A stretch of 59,493 nucleotides of DNA, taken from Candidatus Omnitrophota bacterium. Lineage in GTDB: Bacteria > Omnitrophota > Gorgyraeia > Duberdicusellales > 4484-171. A program made the position numbers and the translations under genes. A model generated the notes under the pieces. The model saw only the letters and a program-made list of their open reading frames with translations. It was not told the origin of the DNA and ran no database searches. Of this stretch, positions 24,190-34,966 are shown in pieces; positions within the stretch are counted from its first letter, which is position 1, and the number at the start of each line of letters is the position of its first letter. The stretch is from contig JBDRJF010000023.1 in the NCBI GenBank assembly GCA_043815185.1, forward strand, positions 1-59,493, written 5' to 3'.

Positions 24190-25261
24190 ATATATTATAA
24201 AAAATGTCAGTCTGGGGTACTTATTTGTCCTTTTGGTATTTGTAGGACTCTATTTTATCGCCGATATCTTCACCAACCTATCGGATATCCTAAAAGCTAA
24301 AACTCCGATAGATACTCTTGGCCAATATTATTTATCCTCACTGCCCTTAATAATTTTACGGGTAAGCCCATTATCACTACTTATAAGCACTCTCTATACC
24401 TTTGGGGAATTAAACAGGAACAATGAAATCATAAGCATTCGGGCGTCCGGGGTAAGCATCATAAGGATTGCCATGCCGGTAATACTTTTTTCCTTACTTC
24501 TTTCGGTGTCAACATTCTTCCTTCAAGAAAAAACCCTGATGACGTCTCAACGAAAGGTCGATGAGATAAAAACCCAGTTTATAAAAAATAGTGTGTCTAC
24601 TGCTGGTGAAGAGAGAAATCTTGCTTTTACCTCCGGAGACCGGATATTTTTCGTTCAGAAATTCTATCCTAAAAAAGGAATATTGGATAATGTTATAATC
24701 TTTAAAGAGGGAGAAAGCAGGCAGCTTGAGAAAAAAATAGTCTGCAAAGAGATTGCTTATGAATATGGATTTTGGATTGCCAAAAATCTCATCGAATACG
24801 ATCTGGACAGCAAAGGGGATATAATCGGTAACCCCACCTCTTTTAAAACCAAAAAAATCGGTTTAAAAGAAAAACCCCGGGAACTCCTCTTAAAAAGAAG
24901 TATTTTTTCCCAGTTCTCCTCTTTAAGTAACTTAAAAAAGGAAATTAGCCGGCTTAAGAAGGTCAAGGCTGACAAGTTGCTGGCAAGCTTAACAATTGAC
25001 TACCATCAAAAGATTGCTGAACCCTTCTCGCATCTTTTTCTGGTTATCGGCATCTTGCCTTTAGCTTTAGAAATTAAAAAAAGAAAGGTAGCTCTCTCCT
25101 CTTTAGGTACCGGTTTTATCTTCAGCTTCATCTACTATATCCTATCCTCCTTTAGCGTTGCTTTGGGAAAATCAGGGATTCTCCTGCCCTTTCTTAGCGT
25201 AAGCTTAGCCCCTTTATTCTTTCTGACTGTCGGTATAAGCGGCCTAATTTTAATTAGATAA
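24173..25261 (+). CDS. lptG: LPS export ABC permease LptG
   Basis: Starts MRILDKYIIKNV, a YjgP/YjgQ family start. The ATG at 24173 is preferred over the track start at 24137. Confidence 0.8.
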   Translation: MRILDKYIIKNVSLGYLFVLLVFVGLYFIADIFTNLSDILKAKTPIDTLGQYYLSSLPLIILRVSPLSLLISTLYTFGELNRNNEIISIRASGVSIIRIAMPVILFSLLLSVSTFFLQEKTLMTSQRKVDEIKTQFIKNSVSTAGEERNLAFTSGDRIFFVQKFYPKKGILDNVIIFKEGESRQLEKKIVCKEIAYEYGFWIAKNLIEYDLDSKGDIIGNPTSFKTKKIGLKEKPRELLLKRSIFSQFSSLSNLKKEISRLKKVKADKLLASLTIDYHQKIAEPFSHLFLVIGILPLALEIKKRKVALSSLGTGFIFSFIYYILSSFSVALGKSGILLPFLSVSLAPLFFLTVGISGLILIR

Positions 25262-26369
25262 GGGAATTCTTATATATCCGGGGTATTTTTAACGAAAAGC
25301 AGCTAATAATCTCATAGGGAATAGTGTTGGCTTTCCGGGCCAGTTCCTCAGCGCTTATTCTTAAACCTTTAGCTTCACCCAGCAGGATAACCTCATCACC
25401 AGCTTTAATATCAACTCTTTTCCCTAAATCAACCATAATATGGTCCATACAGACCCGGCCGGCAAGATTAAAAAAATGATTCTTGATAATCACCTGACCC
25501 TTGTTGGATAAGGCCCAAGGATAACCATCAGCATAACCGACAGCTACGGTAGCAATACTGCGTAAGCTCTTAACAATATAGTTGCGGCCATAACTTATAC
25601 CCCTGCCTTTTGAGACAGGCTTAACAAAGATAACCTTTGACTTCAACGAAAGAACCGGCTTAACCTCTAAGTTAACTCGCTGTGCCGGCTTAACTCCGTA
25701 GAGAATAAGGCCTGGCCTAACCATATTAAAGTGAGCGTTGGGATAATTTATTATCCCGATACTGTTAGCGCAGTGGCAAAACTTAAACCGTATTTTTTGA
25801 CTAGCTAATACCTCAATAAAGCGATTGAAAGCGCCGATCTGACGATTGGTAAAATCGCGATCAGTATCAGCAACCGGAAAGTGAGTATAAATACCTTCTA
25901 AAGATAAATTCTTAAAACCAGCCAAACGTTTAATGAAAATATGGGCTTGGCTGTGGCAAGGTCCTAATCTTCCCATGCCAGTATCAATCTTTACATGGAT
26001 TGGGAGAATCTTCTTAGCAGCGCCAGCTGCCTGATCCAATTTCCTGGCAAAATCTAAATCAACAATAGTAGGGATTATTTTATGCTTAATGAAAGCATCA
26101 ACGAATTCCCCTAAGACTGCGCTTAAAACCAGGAGTGAACCCCTAAAACCATTCTCTCTTAAACTAATTGCCTCCTCAACGCTCCCCAAACCGAAGAAAT
26201 CAACTCCGCTTTTACTTAACTCCTTGGCTATCGGTATTAAACCATGGCCATAAGCCGATTGCTTTATGGTGGCAACCACTTTAACTCCAGGACTAAGGTA
26301 ATTTTTAATAGCTTTAAGATTACTTCTTAAAGCGCCTAAATCTACTTCGATCCATAAGGGTCTAATCAT
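25254..26369 (-). CDS. alr: Alanine racemase
   Basis: PLP-lysine region VVATIKQSAYGHG and C-terminal CMDHIMVDL and IPYEI motifs. Confidence 0.9.
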   Translation of the reverse strand: MIRPLWIEVDLGALRSNLKAIKNYLSPGVKVVATIKQSAYGHGLIPIAKELSKSGVDFFGLGSVEEAISLRENGFRGSLLVLSAVLGEFVDAFIKHKIIPTIVDLDFARKLDQAAGAAKKILPIHVKIDTGMGRLGPCHSQAHIFIKRLAGFKNLSLEGIYTHFPVADTDRDFTNRQIGAFNRFIEVLASQKIRFKFCHCANSIGIINYPNAHFNMVRPGLILYGVKPAQRVNLEVKPVLSLKSKVIFVKPVSKGRGISYGRNYIVKSLRSIATVAVGYADGYPWALSNKGQVIIKNHFFNLAGRVCMDHIMVDLGKRVDIKAGDEVILLGEAKGLRISAEELARKANTIPYEIISCFSLKIPRIYKNSLI

Positions 26370-26374
26370 AATAG

Positions 26375-27043
26375 TTACTTTTTTCGCCTCACCTGGGGAG
26401 CCTTAGAATGCAGGTACAAGGGGCTCAGCTTATCCAAACTGGTGAACTTACCTTTATTATAATATATTTCAGCCAAAGGCATAAGATATTTTGCCCGGGG
26501 ATAGACATCCTGGGGATAGATACTTAGCTGGGAGTTAAGCCCTAAAATTTGTTGGCGTAAATTCGAATCATAGGTGATAAAAAGATAATCACCGCTTACT
26601 TTCCCCAACTGGTCCAAAGTAACCAATTTAGCTTTAACCTCTTTAATCAGATTACCTCCCTGGCAGTTAAAAGAAGCTAAGTAAATCAGGCCTCGCCGTG
26701 CATCCGAGATAACCGCTACCTTTTCAGCCTTATTTTTAAAAGGGTAAGCGCAAGCGTAAAAGGAAGAAAGGACAATTGCCGGTTTCTTTGTTGCCAGCAT
26801 AAAAGCCTTAACCAGGCTAAAGGATATTCGCAAACCGGTAAACGAACCCGGGCCAGCCCCAATAACAAAAGTATCGATATCCGATAAGCTTAATTTTACT
26901 CTTTTTAAATTCTTATCGATAAAACTTATCAGTTGCGATGCCCCAAACTTAATCCTCCGATTAAAATCAATTTCTTTATCCTTACCTTTTCTTATATAGA
27001 GTGAAAGATTCTCACTTGAGGTATCAACGGCTAAAATATTCAT
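26375..27043 (-). CDS. tsaB: tRNA t6A37 modification protein TsaB
   Basis: Starts ILAVDTS, has GPGSFTGLRI motif. Adjacent to tsaE. Confidence 0.8.
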   Translation of the reverse strand: MNILAVDTSSENLSLYIRKGKDKEIDFNRRIKFGASQLISFIDKNLKRVKLSLSDIDTFVIGAGPGSFTGLRISFSLVKAFMLATKKPAIVLSSFYACAYPFKNKAEKVAVISDARRGLIYLASFNCQGGNLIKEVKAKLVTLDQLGKVSGDYLFITYDSNLRQQILGLNSQLSIYPQDVYPRAKYLMPLAEIYYNKGKFTSLDKLSPLYLHSKAPQVRRKK

Positions 27044-27504
27044 AGTTTATAAACCTTTTTTATCGAATCGAGTTTTTGCTGAGGGTAACCTTTGATTGAA
27101 AATCTTATATCCCGAACATTCTGGCCACTAAACCTAAACTCTAACCTAATATACTTATCCAGCTCATCCTCTATCTTACTGCCCCATTCAATAAGTGTTA
27201 TTATCTTATCGGAATAGAGAAAATCATCAATACCTAAGTCAAATATATCACTAAATTTTAAGCGATATAAGTCGAGATGATAAACTGCTATATTTTTTAG
27301 CTCATATTGACGCAGCAAGGTAAAAGAAGGGCTCAAGACCCTTCCCTTATAGCCTAACCCGGCCAGCAAACCTCTGGCAAAGGTAGTTTTTCCTCCGCCT
27401 AAGGCCCCCGCTAATACAACCACATCTTTCCCTTCTAAGACTTGGGAAAATATCTTACCGAACTTAACCGTCTCACTAGCTGAGTTGCTCTTTAATTTAA
27501 GCAT
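27040..27504 (-). CDS. tsaE: tRNA t6A37 modification ATPase TsaE
   Basis: Walker A GALGGGKTTFARGL and SPSFTL..Y...HLDLYRL. Confidence 0.85.
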   Translation of the reverse strand: MLKLKSNSASETVKFGKIFSQVLEGKDVVVLAGALGGGKTTFARGLLAGLGYKGRVLSPSFTLLRQYELKNIAVYHLDLYRLKFSDIFDLGIDDFLYSDKIITLIEWGSKIEDELDKYIRLEFRFSGQNVRDIRFSIKGYPQQKLDSIKKVYKL

Positions 27505-27508
27505 GATC

Positions 27509-28393
27509 TTAAAACTGACTATATCCTTTAACCTTAACCCTGGATGATTTCTCTTTATCCTTTAACTTATAACCCAAACTCTGGGAAGTTATTCTTCCGA
27601 TACAATAAAACTTACCCTTTAAGAGATTGATCTTTGGCTCTTTCTTATCAATAGTAAAGATTAACTCATAATCTTCACCGCGATAAAGGTCATTGACTCC
27701 TCTGGTCAAAGGAAGGGTTTCCCGCTCAATTACGGCTCCTTTTTTACTTAATTTTAATATCCGGGATAAATCAAGAATCAAACCGTCACTGATATCGATC
27801 ATTGAATTGACCTTAAAGTTCTTAACTAAATACTGGGCCTCTTTAATCCTGGGCTCAAAAGGCTTATTAAACGGCCGCTGGCCTAACCGATTCGTTACAA
27901 AAATATAATCTCCGACCTTGGCTCCAGACCTCAGTATTGGCTTTCGACAACTACCCATGCCCCAAACATCTAAAATCAGCTGATCTGAAGTACAAGTATC
28001 CCCGCCGGCTAAGGAAAATTTATATTTTTTGGCAAGCCTTAAGACTCCCTTTAATATTTGCTTAAGATACCGCTTATCCAAACCGCGGGAAACGCCTAAA
28101 GATACACCGATAAATTTAGGCACTCCGCCGCAGGCGGCGAAATCAGAAAGGACTCTGGCTACTGCCCGCCGGCCGATATCCTCAAAACTTATATTTTTTA
28201 ACTTAAAATGCACTCCCTCGATAAATAAGTCGCTTTTAAGCAGCAGCTTTTGGCTTCCTACCTTAACCACAGCGCAGTCATCGCCGATGCCAACCAGCAA
28301 ATCCTTAGCTGGCTTGACCTTTTTCCTTAAATAATCAATCCATTTCAGCTCGTTCATTCTGGGTTTGGTTTTGTAATTCGCAATTCGGGACAC
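27509..28393 (-). CDS. thiL: Thiamine-monophosphate kinase
   Basis: AIR-synthase-like fold motifs IGDDCAV, DLFIEGVHF and SLAGGDT. Confidence 0.8.
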   Translation of the reverse strand: MSRIANYKTKPRMNELKWIDYLRKKVKPAKDLLVGIGDDCAVVKVGSQKLLLKSDLFIEGVHFKLKNISFEDIGRRAVARVLSDFAACGGVPKFIGVSLGVSRGLDKRYLKQILKGVLRLAKKYKFSLAGGDTCTSDQLILDVWGMGSCRKPILRSGAKVGDYIFVTNRLGQRPFNKPFEPRIKEAQYLVKNFKVNSMIDISDGLILDLSRILKLSKKGAVIERETLPLTRGVNDLYRGEDYELIFTIDKKEPKINLLKGKFYCIGRITSQSLGYKLKDKEKSSRVKVKGYSQF

Positions 28394-28487
28394 AGCCTAT
28401 TTGAATTTCCCTTATCAGACTTATCTTTTTTTTGGGGATTTTCCTTTTTTTCCGCAAAATTTAAAACCGAAATTGTTTTCCTTTTTT

Positions 28488-29570
28488 TCAAAAAAAGTCG
28501 TTTACCAGCTTAGCTTTTTTAAATGGGGTCTGTCCCGAATTGCCCAGGGTTTGGACGATGTTTTTGATAAAGGGGGGGTAGATTATGCCCTTATCGCTGA
28601 CTATGGCAGTGATTAGTTTGTGGGAAGTTACATCAAAGGCGGGATTATAAACTTTTACTTTCTTAGGGGCAACTTCTACTTTATTGACTAACTTTCTTAT
28701 TTCATCTTTATTTCGCTCTTCAATCGGAATGGATTTGCCGCTCTTTAACTTTAAATCAAAGGTGTTAAAAGGAGCGACTACATAAAAAGGGATTTTATGG
28801 TAATTAGCTAATATTGCCAAACCATAAGTACCAATTTTATTGGCAGCATCGCCATTAGCAGCAATTCTATCAGCCCCGACAAAAATCTTATCGATTTTAC
28901 CCTGCGCCATTAAAATTGCCGCCATATTGTCACAGATAACAGTTGTTGGAACACCTCTTTTAGTTAACTCCCAAGCACTCAGCCGTGAACCCTGCAACAG
29001 AGGCCTGGTCTCATCAGTATAAACTTTTATATCTTTATAGAACTCATGAGCCTTATAAATAACCGCCAAGGCTGTTCCATCCCCGGAAGTAGCTAAAAAT
29101 CCGGCATTACAATGAGTTAATATTCTGTCACCTTTTTTTATAAGCTTAACTCCGTAATCAGCCATCCGCTCACAAAGCAAGATATCTTCTTGATTAATTG
29201 CCTTAGCTTCGTTTAAAATTATTTCTTTTATCTGGCTAACACTCTTATTTTTATTTTTTGATCCAGCTCTTTCTAATCTCTCTAAAGCCCAGGCTAAATT
29301 AATTGCTGTCGGACGACAAGATTTAAGGCGTTTTGAAGCTTTCTGAAATTCGCTTAAGAATTTCTTCTTAGTTAAAGATTTATTCTTAAAATGTACATAA
29401 AGACAATATGCTGCAAAGACTCCGATTAAAGGAGCGCCCCTTACTTGGAGCTCTCCTATAGCCTTATAACCGCTATCTAAACCCTCACACTCTTTCCAGG
29501 CCTCTTTTAAGGGGAGTTTAGTCTGATCAATATAAAATAACCGCTTATTTTTAAACTTTATAGCTCGCAT
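28488..29570 (-). CDS. mtnA: Methylthioribose-1-phosphate isomerase (eIF-2B alpha/beta/delta-like family)
   Basis: VRGAPLIG, DETRPLLQGSRL and GADRIAANGDAANKIGTY. ATG 29570 (MRAIKF) is preferred. The last ~15 codons read through a REP copy. Confidence 0.8.
   Translation of the reverse strand: MRAIKFKNKRLFYIDQTKLPLKEAWKECEGLDSGYKAIGELQVRGAPLIGVFAAYCLYVHFKNKSLTKKKFLSEFQKASKRLKSCRPTAINLAWALERLERAGSKNKNKSVSQIKEIILNEAKAINQEDILLCERMADYGVKLIKKGDRILTHCNAGFLATSGDGTALAVIYKAHEFYKDIKVYTDETRPLLQGSRLSAWELTKRGVPTTVICDNMAAILMAQGKIDKIFVGADRIAANGDAANKIGTYGLAILANYHKIPFYVVAPFNTFDLKLKSGKSIPIEERNKDEIRKLVNKVEVAPKKVKVYNPAFDVTSHKLITAIVSDKGIIYPPFIKNIVQTLGNSGQTPFKKAKLVNDFF
28521..28541 (-). repeat. REP-like repeat copy 4, embedded in the 3' end of the mtnA ORF
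   Basis: aaatggggtctgtcccgaatt is identical to 18588-18608. Confidence 0.7.
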
Positions 29571-29632
29571 TTTGATTTTATTATTCGAAAATATTGGAAG
29601 AACCATTGTTGCGAAGATGAAACAAAGAGTAA

Positions 29633-30013
29633 TTATTTCTTGATCAATCTATTGATACAATCAAGTAGTTTTTCGGGGTCAAAAGGTTTATTCAAAAAGG
29701 CTTGCGCACCCATCTTATAGGCCTTATTCCTTGATTCCTCTCCCTGTTGAGCAGTTAACACTATAATAGGTATATTGTTCGTATGGGTTGAACTTTTTAA
29801 ATTCGCTAAAACCGAAAATCCTCCGCCGGCAGGTAGGCCTAAGTCTAAAATCACTAGATCGATATCTCCCTTATGAGCCTGACTGGTGCCGTAAATTCCG
29901 TCATTGGCGATAGTAGTTACATACCCTTGTGATTTCAGCAGGCTGGATAAACCCAGCGCTAATTCGTTCTGGTCTTCAACAATTAATATTTTCTTAGTTG
30001 TTTCTTCGCCCAT
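29633..30013 (-). CDS. Single-domain response regulator (REC)
   Basis: ILIVEDQ...ILDLGLPAGGG...K. Confidence 0.85.
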   Translation of the reverse strand: MGEETTKKILIVEDQNELALGLSSLLKSQGYVTTIANDGIYGTSQAHKGDIDLVILDLGLPAGGGFSVLANLKSSTHTNNIPIIVLTAQQGEESRNKAYKMGAQAFLNKPFDPEKLLDCINRLIKK

Positions 30014-31004
30014 CTTTAGATCTTCTACCCCCTCTTAAATCACATGGCAGCAGTACAACAAATTTACTACCTTTGCCTGCCCAATCCTCAGCCCAAATTT
30101 TTCCCTTGTGAAACTCAACAATATCCCTAGTAATTGCAAGCCCGAGGCCGCTGCCTTCTTTATCGGTATTGGCCCTTTCAAATTTATCAAATATTTTTGT
30201 TAGTTTATCAACAGGTATACCTGGCCCGCTATTCACACATTCTAATCTAAGCAAATTGTTATTAAGAAAAGCTTTCAGGCTTACCGAACCACCTTCGGGG
30301 GTATATTTTGCAGCATTGCCAATAAGATTATTCAATACTTGATTAATTCTATCTTTATCTCCCCATAAAAATAATTCATCATTGGCAATATTCTTATCTA
30401 ACTTTATAGATTTTTTATGAAACATAACATCAAATTCTTTAGCCTGCTCATCCAATATCTGCGAAAAATTACACAATTCTCTCTTACCGCTAACTATCCC
30501 GGCTTCAATCTTATGTAAATCTAGGAGATTAGCTACGAGGCGGCTCATCCTGTCTACTACATTACGACACATGCTAAGAATTTTTTCCTGCTCGGTAGTT
30601 ACATCGCCAGCTATGCCTTTTAGCATATTAAATATATTTAGCCGGATGACAGCAAGAGGATTTTTAAGTTCGTGTGAAACTGTGGCAACAAATCTTGATT
30701 TTACTTGGTCACTGTATTTTGCCTGCGCAGCATAAGCTATAATTCTAGTTAAAATATTTCTTATAATAGAATACCCTATATAGAAACCACAAATAGAAAT
30801 AAAGATAGTTACGGCTAACATAAAGCCGATATCACCGGTAAGAATATCAATAGTAAACAATCGATTCACTAAAATATAAAAGAACACCAAAAAAGGCACT
30901 ATGCTCATCAAAGAAAAAGCTATATTAAATTTACGGCGGGGGTCTTCTCTTAGTTCCTGCAGTACTAATTTTAATGACTGATCATCACTTTTTTCCTTTC
31001 TCAT
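29994..31004 (-). CDS. Membrane sensor histidine kinase
   Basis: Two TM segments, H-box VSHELKNPL, N box NLIGNAAKY, G box GSGLGLAI. Overlaps the REC gene by 20 nt. Confidence 0.85.
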   Translation of the reverse strand: MRKEKSDDQSLKLVLQELREDPRRKFNIAFSLMSIVPFLVFFYILVNRLFTIDILTGDIGFMLAVTIFISICGFYIGYSIIRNILTRIIAYAAQAKYSDQVKSRFVATVSHELKNPLAVIRLNIFNMLKGIAGDVTTEQEKILSMCRNVVDRMSRLVANLLDLHKIEAGIVSGKRELCNFSQILDEQAKEFDVMFHKKSIKLDKNIANDELFLWGDKDRINQVLNNLIGNAAKYTPEGGSVSLKAFLNNNLLRLECVNSGPGIPVDKLTKIFDKFERANTDKEGSGLGLAITRDIVEFHKGKIWAEDWAGKGSKFVVLLPCDLRGGRRSKDGRRNN

Positions 31005-31090
31005 GCAGCCTCCAATATCGATAAATATTCACTTTCTAGCCTATTATAATGGAGAAAAATTCCTTTTTCAAGTAAATTATATCACAAGTA

Positions 31091-31837
31091 TTAATGCCGG
31101 AAAAGCACTCTCTCGGCATTGGAAAAAACAATACCTCTTAACTTTTCCTCCTCTATGCCTTTGATCGATGCAGCATGAGAATAAACTCTACCTATATCTA
31201 AAGGCGTTGAAGGTTTACCTCCCACCCGCATATAAGGCGAATCAGTCTCGAGCAGCAATTTATCCAAAGGGCAGCTTTTTAATGCCGCAGTGATATCCTC
31301 TTTATGACGCAGGATATTAAGTGAAAAAGAGACATAACCTCCGCGTTCAATAATCTTAGCCAAAAACTCTTTGTCGTATGAGAAACAGTGAAGAATAACC
31401 TTCTGATAACCGGATAAATACTTATCGAGAATATCTAAAATTTTGGTATCTGGCCAGCGGTTATGCAAAATAATTGGCAGCTGCTTGGATTTTGCCAGTT
31501 GCAGAAAAGCAGCTAAGACAGTTTCTTGCTTGTCAGCCGGAATCGTAGCTGTGCTATCCAAACCGATTTCACCGACGGCTACTACTTTTTCGTTCTGATC
31601 AATCAATTCCCCATAATCCTCAACTATTGAAGGTGAAAAGTCTTCAGCTGAGAAAGGATGATATCCTAGAGAACTATAGATAAAACTATACTGCCGGGAA
31701 AGCTCTACTGAAAGCTTAGCGCTACTTAAATCAATAGCCGAATCAATGAAACAATAATTACTGCTGGAAGCAGAAATTACTTCCTCTCTGGTAATCTGGG
31801 AAAGTGTATTCAGATGACAGTGTGTATCAATCAACAT
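31091..31837 (-). CDS. tatD: TatD-family metal-dependent hydrolase/DNase
   Basis: Starts LIDTHCHL, has EIGLD and a C-terminal ETDSPY. Confidence 0.85.
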   Translation of the reverse strand: MLIDTHCHLNTLSQITREEVISASSSNYCFIDSAIDLSSAKLSVELSRQYSFIYSSLGYHPFSAEDFSPSIVEDYGELIDQNEKVVAVGEIGLDSTATIPADKQETVLAAFLQLAKSKQLPIILHNRWPDTKILDILDKYLSGYQKVILHCFSYDKEFLAKIIERGGYVSFSLNILRHKEDITAALKSCPLDKLLLETDSPYMRVGGKPSTPLDIGRVYSHAASIKGIEEEKLRGIVFSNAERVLFRH

Positions 31838-33377
31838 TTATCCGCGGGAAAAGTGGTGGTTCTTTACTTATTGAAAAACTTCGAACCCGGCCCCAGGCTG
31901 TATTATCTAAGTGCGGGGAATCGAATTTTACTCCTAACTGTCGATAGATTGACTCACTAACTTTAGGCATAACCGGATAAACATAAACAGCGATAATCCG
32001 GATCCCCTCACAAAGCTGATAAAGGAACTTCTTAATTTCATCGACTTTTTTCTGCTTAAACAGAACCCAAGGCTTAGTATCTTCAATATACTTATTGATT
32101 ACCCGGATAAAAGCAAAAATCTCCTCCATTGCTAAAGAAAACTCAACCTTATCCAGATGAAGACTATATTTTTTACCAAGATTTTCCAAACAGGGATTAA
32201 ACTCAAAAGGCGCAGAGGAGACGCCTGAAACCTCACCTTTAAGGTATTGCTCAGCCATATTAAGAGTGCGAAAGACTAAATTACCCAAATCATTGGCTAA
32301 ATCAGAGTTAATCCTGCTTACCAGAGCCGGCCAGGAAAAACTTCCGTCAGAACCGACGGGAACTTCCCGAAGCAGAAAATAACGCAAAGCATCTACAGCT
32401 ACTGCTTGATTATTGCCTAAAGATTCACTTAAGGCTGATAGTAGCTCCCAAGGATTAACAATATTTCCCCGGGATTTAGATATCTTTTCCTCATCCTTCT
32501 GCCACCAACCATGGGCAAAGACCATTTTTGGCGGCTCGATACCAGCTGCTTTTAACATTATCGGCCAGAAGATTGCATGATGCCTTAAAATATCTTTGCC
32601 GATAAAGTGGATATCAGCCGGCCAGAGCTGTTTAAACTTACCACTATCCCAATAGCAGCCTACCCCGCTGATATAATTAATCAGGGCATCAAACCAGACA
32701 TAGATTACATAGTTATTGTCAAGCGGAAAATCTATACCCCAAGACACTCGGGACTTAGGCCGGGAGATGCAAAGGTCAGCTAAAGGATGATTATTTAAGA
32801 ACCCGATTACTTCATTGTAACGTATCTGCGGTCGGATGAAAGAAGGGTTGGCTCTAAGGTGGTCTTTTAACCACTGCTCATACTTTGAGAGCTTGAAAAA
32901 ATAATTTTCTTCTTCTATTTCCTCTACCGGGCGCCTGCATTCCGGACACCCGCCAGCTTCTTTGGCCTGCGACCCGGTCCAAAAAGATTCACAGGGAACA
33001 CAGTAGAAAGCTTTATACTTATCTTTATAAATATCTCCCTTCTTATCTAAGGTAGTTATAACTTCTTGAACAACCTTGATGTGGAAATCATCGGTGGTGC
33101 GGATGAAAAAATCATAAGAGATATTAAGCTTCGACCATAAGCTTTTAAAAACCTCCGCTCCTTGATCGACAAAAGCTTTAACTTCACTATTGATAGAAGT
33201 TGCTGCCTGTTTTATCTTCTCACCATGCTCATCAGTACCGGTAAGATAAAAAACCTTATCTCCCTTCATTCGCCTGTAACGAGACATACTGTCAGCTATA
33301 ATGCTAGTATAGGCGTGGCCAATATGGGGACTGGCATTTACATAGTAGATAGGAGTAGTAAGATAGAACTTATTCAT
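31827..33377 (-). CDS. metG: Methionyl-tRNA synthetase
   Basis: HIGH (PHIGHAYT), zinc knuckle (CVPCE...CPECR) and KMSKS (KISKSRG). Confidence 0.95.
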   Translation of the reverse strand: MNKFYLTTPIYYVNASPHIGHAYTSIIADSMSRYRRMKGDKVFYLTGTDEHGEKIKQAATSINSEVKAFVDQGAEVFKSLWSKLNISYDFFIRTTDDFHIKVVQEVITTLDKKGDIYKDKYKAFYCVPCESFWTGSQAKEAGGCPECRRPVEEIEEENYFFKLSKYEQWLKDHLRANPSFIRPQIRYNEVIGFLNNHPLADLCISRPKSRVSWGIDFPLDNNYVIYVWFDALINYISGVGCYWDSGKFKQLWPADIHFIGKDILRHHAIFWPIMLKAAGIEPPKMVFAHGWWQKDEEKISKSRGNIVNPWELLSALSESLGNNQAVAVDALRYFLLREVPVGSDGSFSWPALVSRINSDLANDLGNLVFRTLNMAEQYLKGEVSGVSSAPFEFNPCLENLGKKYSLHLDKVEFSLAMEEIFAFIRVINKYIEDTKPWVLFKQKKVDEIKKFLYQLCEGIRIIAVYVYPVMPKVSESIYRQLGVKFDSPHLDNTAWGRVRSFSISKEPPLFPRINVD

Positions 33378-34164
33378 TGGTTTTAAAGATTACTTTCTCA
33401 ATCCGGCCGTCTTCTAACTCAACGTAAATCAGCCGCTTGAGGACATTTACCGAGATAACCTTACCCTTTCCTTGGGGCGAATCTACGGTCTGTCCTTCTT
33501 TCGGCAAACCCTTAGACAGTTCCCGATAGTTCTTGTACTCATAAGAAAGACAACACATTAGCCTTCCGCAGATTCCGGAAATCTTCCCCGAACTTAAAGG
33601 AAGCCTTTGGGTCTTAGCCATCTTCATACTTACCGGCTCAAAAGATTTTAAATAGCGCATACAGCATAACTTCTGGCCGCAGGGGCCGATCCCGCCAAAG
33701 ATTCGGGCTTCATCCCTTACTCCGATTTGACGCATCTCAATACGAATTTTGAATACCTTTGCCAGCTCCTTAACTAACTCCCGAAAATCTACCCTTCCCT
33801 CAGAGGTAAAGTAAAAGACAATCTTCTTTTTATCAAATGAGTACTCACCATCGACTAATTTCATCGCCAGTTTATACTCCCGAATTTTACGTGAACATAA
33901 TTGCATAGCATCTTTAGCTTCCCGCTCGTTAATTTTTATTTGCTTTAAATCCTCAGGGGAGAGCTTACGTACTATACTCTTAATTGCCCTATCTTTGGCA
34001 TCGACCTTGGGGCAAAAATTGACATCATTAATTTCAATAACCTCACCGTAGTCAACACCCCGGTCAGCTTCGACAACCACATAATCATGAACGTTTATCT
34101 GTGGGGATACTTGATAAGTCATAATTTGGCCGGCTTCTCTTAATCTTACTGAAGCAACTCTCAT
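33370..34164 (-). CDS. PSP1 domain protein (RicT/YaaT-like)
   Basis: PSP1 C-terminal region with GPCGQKLCCMRYL and GICGRLMCCLSYE. Confidence 0.8.
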   Translation of the reverse strand: MRVASVRLREAGQIMTYQVSPQINVHDYVVVEADRGVDYGEVIEINDVNFCPKVDAKDRAIKSIVRKLSPEDLKQIKINEREAKDAMQLCSRKIREYKLAMKLVDGEYSFDKKKIVFYFTSEGRVDFRELVKELAKVFKIRIEMRQIGVRDEARIFGGIGPCGQKLCCMRYLKSFEPVSMKMAKTQRLPLSSGKISGICGRLMCCLSYEYKNYRELSKGLPKEGQTVDSPQGKGKVISVNVLKRLIYVELEDGRIEKVIFKTNE

Positions 34165-34189
34165 CTTTTAATTATCCTTTGTTTTTCAC

Positions 34190-34966
34190 CTAACTTAGTC
34201 TTAGGCGGATTAAATTAAGGGCTAAATTCATATTTATACTCTTATAGGCCCCGTAAATATTCAAAATATCCTTTAAAATACTATCGATTTTATCTAGGGA
34301 GTAAGAACTTAAGATTATCTCACTTTCCCGGTTTCCCAACAATTGGTTATTTCGGGAGTCAACTTTAGCCAGTAAACCCCGGCGTAAGACCATAACTAAA
34401 GCCCAAAGAAAGTCGGGAAACTTCTTCCGGTCGCTGAATCGAATATCCTCACCGCCTAAGAACCTCAGAGCAGACTCCTCAGATACACTATCTACTTGGC
34501 TAAACTTAGGAGGCAAGAAGATTTTGCGGCAACGGGAGATTATGGTGGGAAGTACCCCTTCAAGTTTAGATGTTGTAATAGCCATAAAAGAGTGTTTGGG
34601 CGGCTCCTCCAAAGTTTTAAGAAAAGCATTGGCTGCTGCCGGAGTTAAATTTTGAGCCTCTTTTATAATCATAACCTTATTCTTTGACCGGAAACTCTTT
34701 AACGACAGAAAACGCATCCCTTCCCTAATCGTTTCAATCTTTACATTGAATCCGTCGGGCTCAACTGTAAATAGATCCGGGTGATTGCCGGATTCAATCC
34801 TCTTGCAATCCCAGCAACTGTCACAAAAATATGAGTCTTGAGGGCAATTAATTAATTTTACGATATCGGGGATTAAGGAAGTATCTTCGCCGATAAAAAG
34901 ATAAGAAGTGCCTAAGAGTTCTCTTTTCTTGAGAATCTGAAAGTAGTTTAACAAATCTTGGCTCAA
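34190..34966 (-). CDS. holB: DNA polymerase III delta-prime subunit
   Basis: Clamp-loader AAA+-like fold with zinc module CDSCWDCKRIESGNHPD and SRC motif (IISRCRKI). Conserved tmk-holB neighbourhood. Confidence 0.75.
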   Translation of the reverse strand: MSQDLLNYFQILKKRELLGTSYLFIGEDTSLIPDIVKLINCPQDSYFCDSCWDCKRIESGNHPDLFTVEPDGFNVKIETIREGMRFLSLKSFRSKNKVMIIKEAQNLTPAAANAFLKTLEEPPKHSFMAITTSKLEGVLPTIISRCRKIFLPPKFSQVDSVSEESALRFLGGEDIRFSDRKKFPDFLWALVMVLRRGLLAKVDSRNNQLLGNRESEIILSSYSLDKIDSILKDILNIYGAYKSINMNLALNLIRLRLS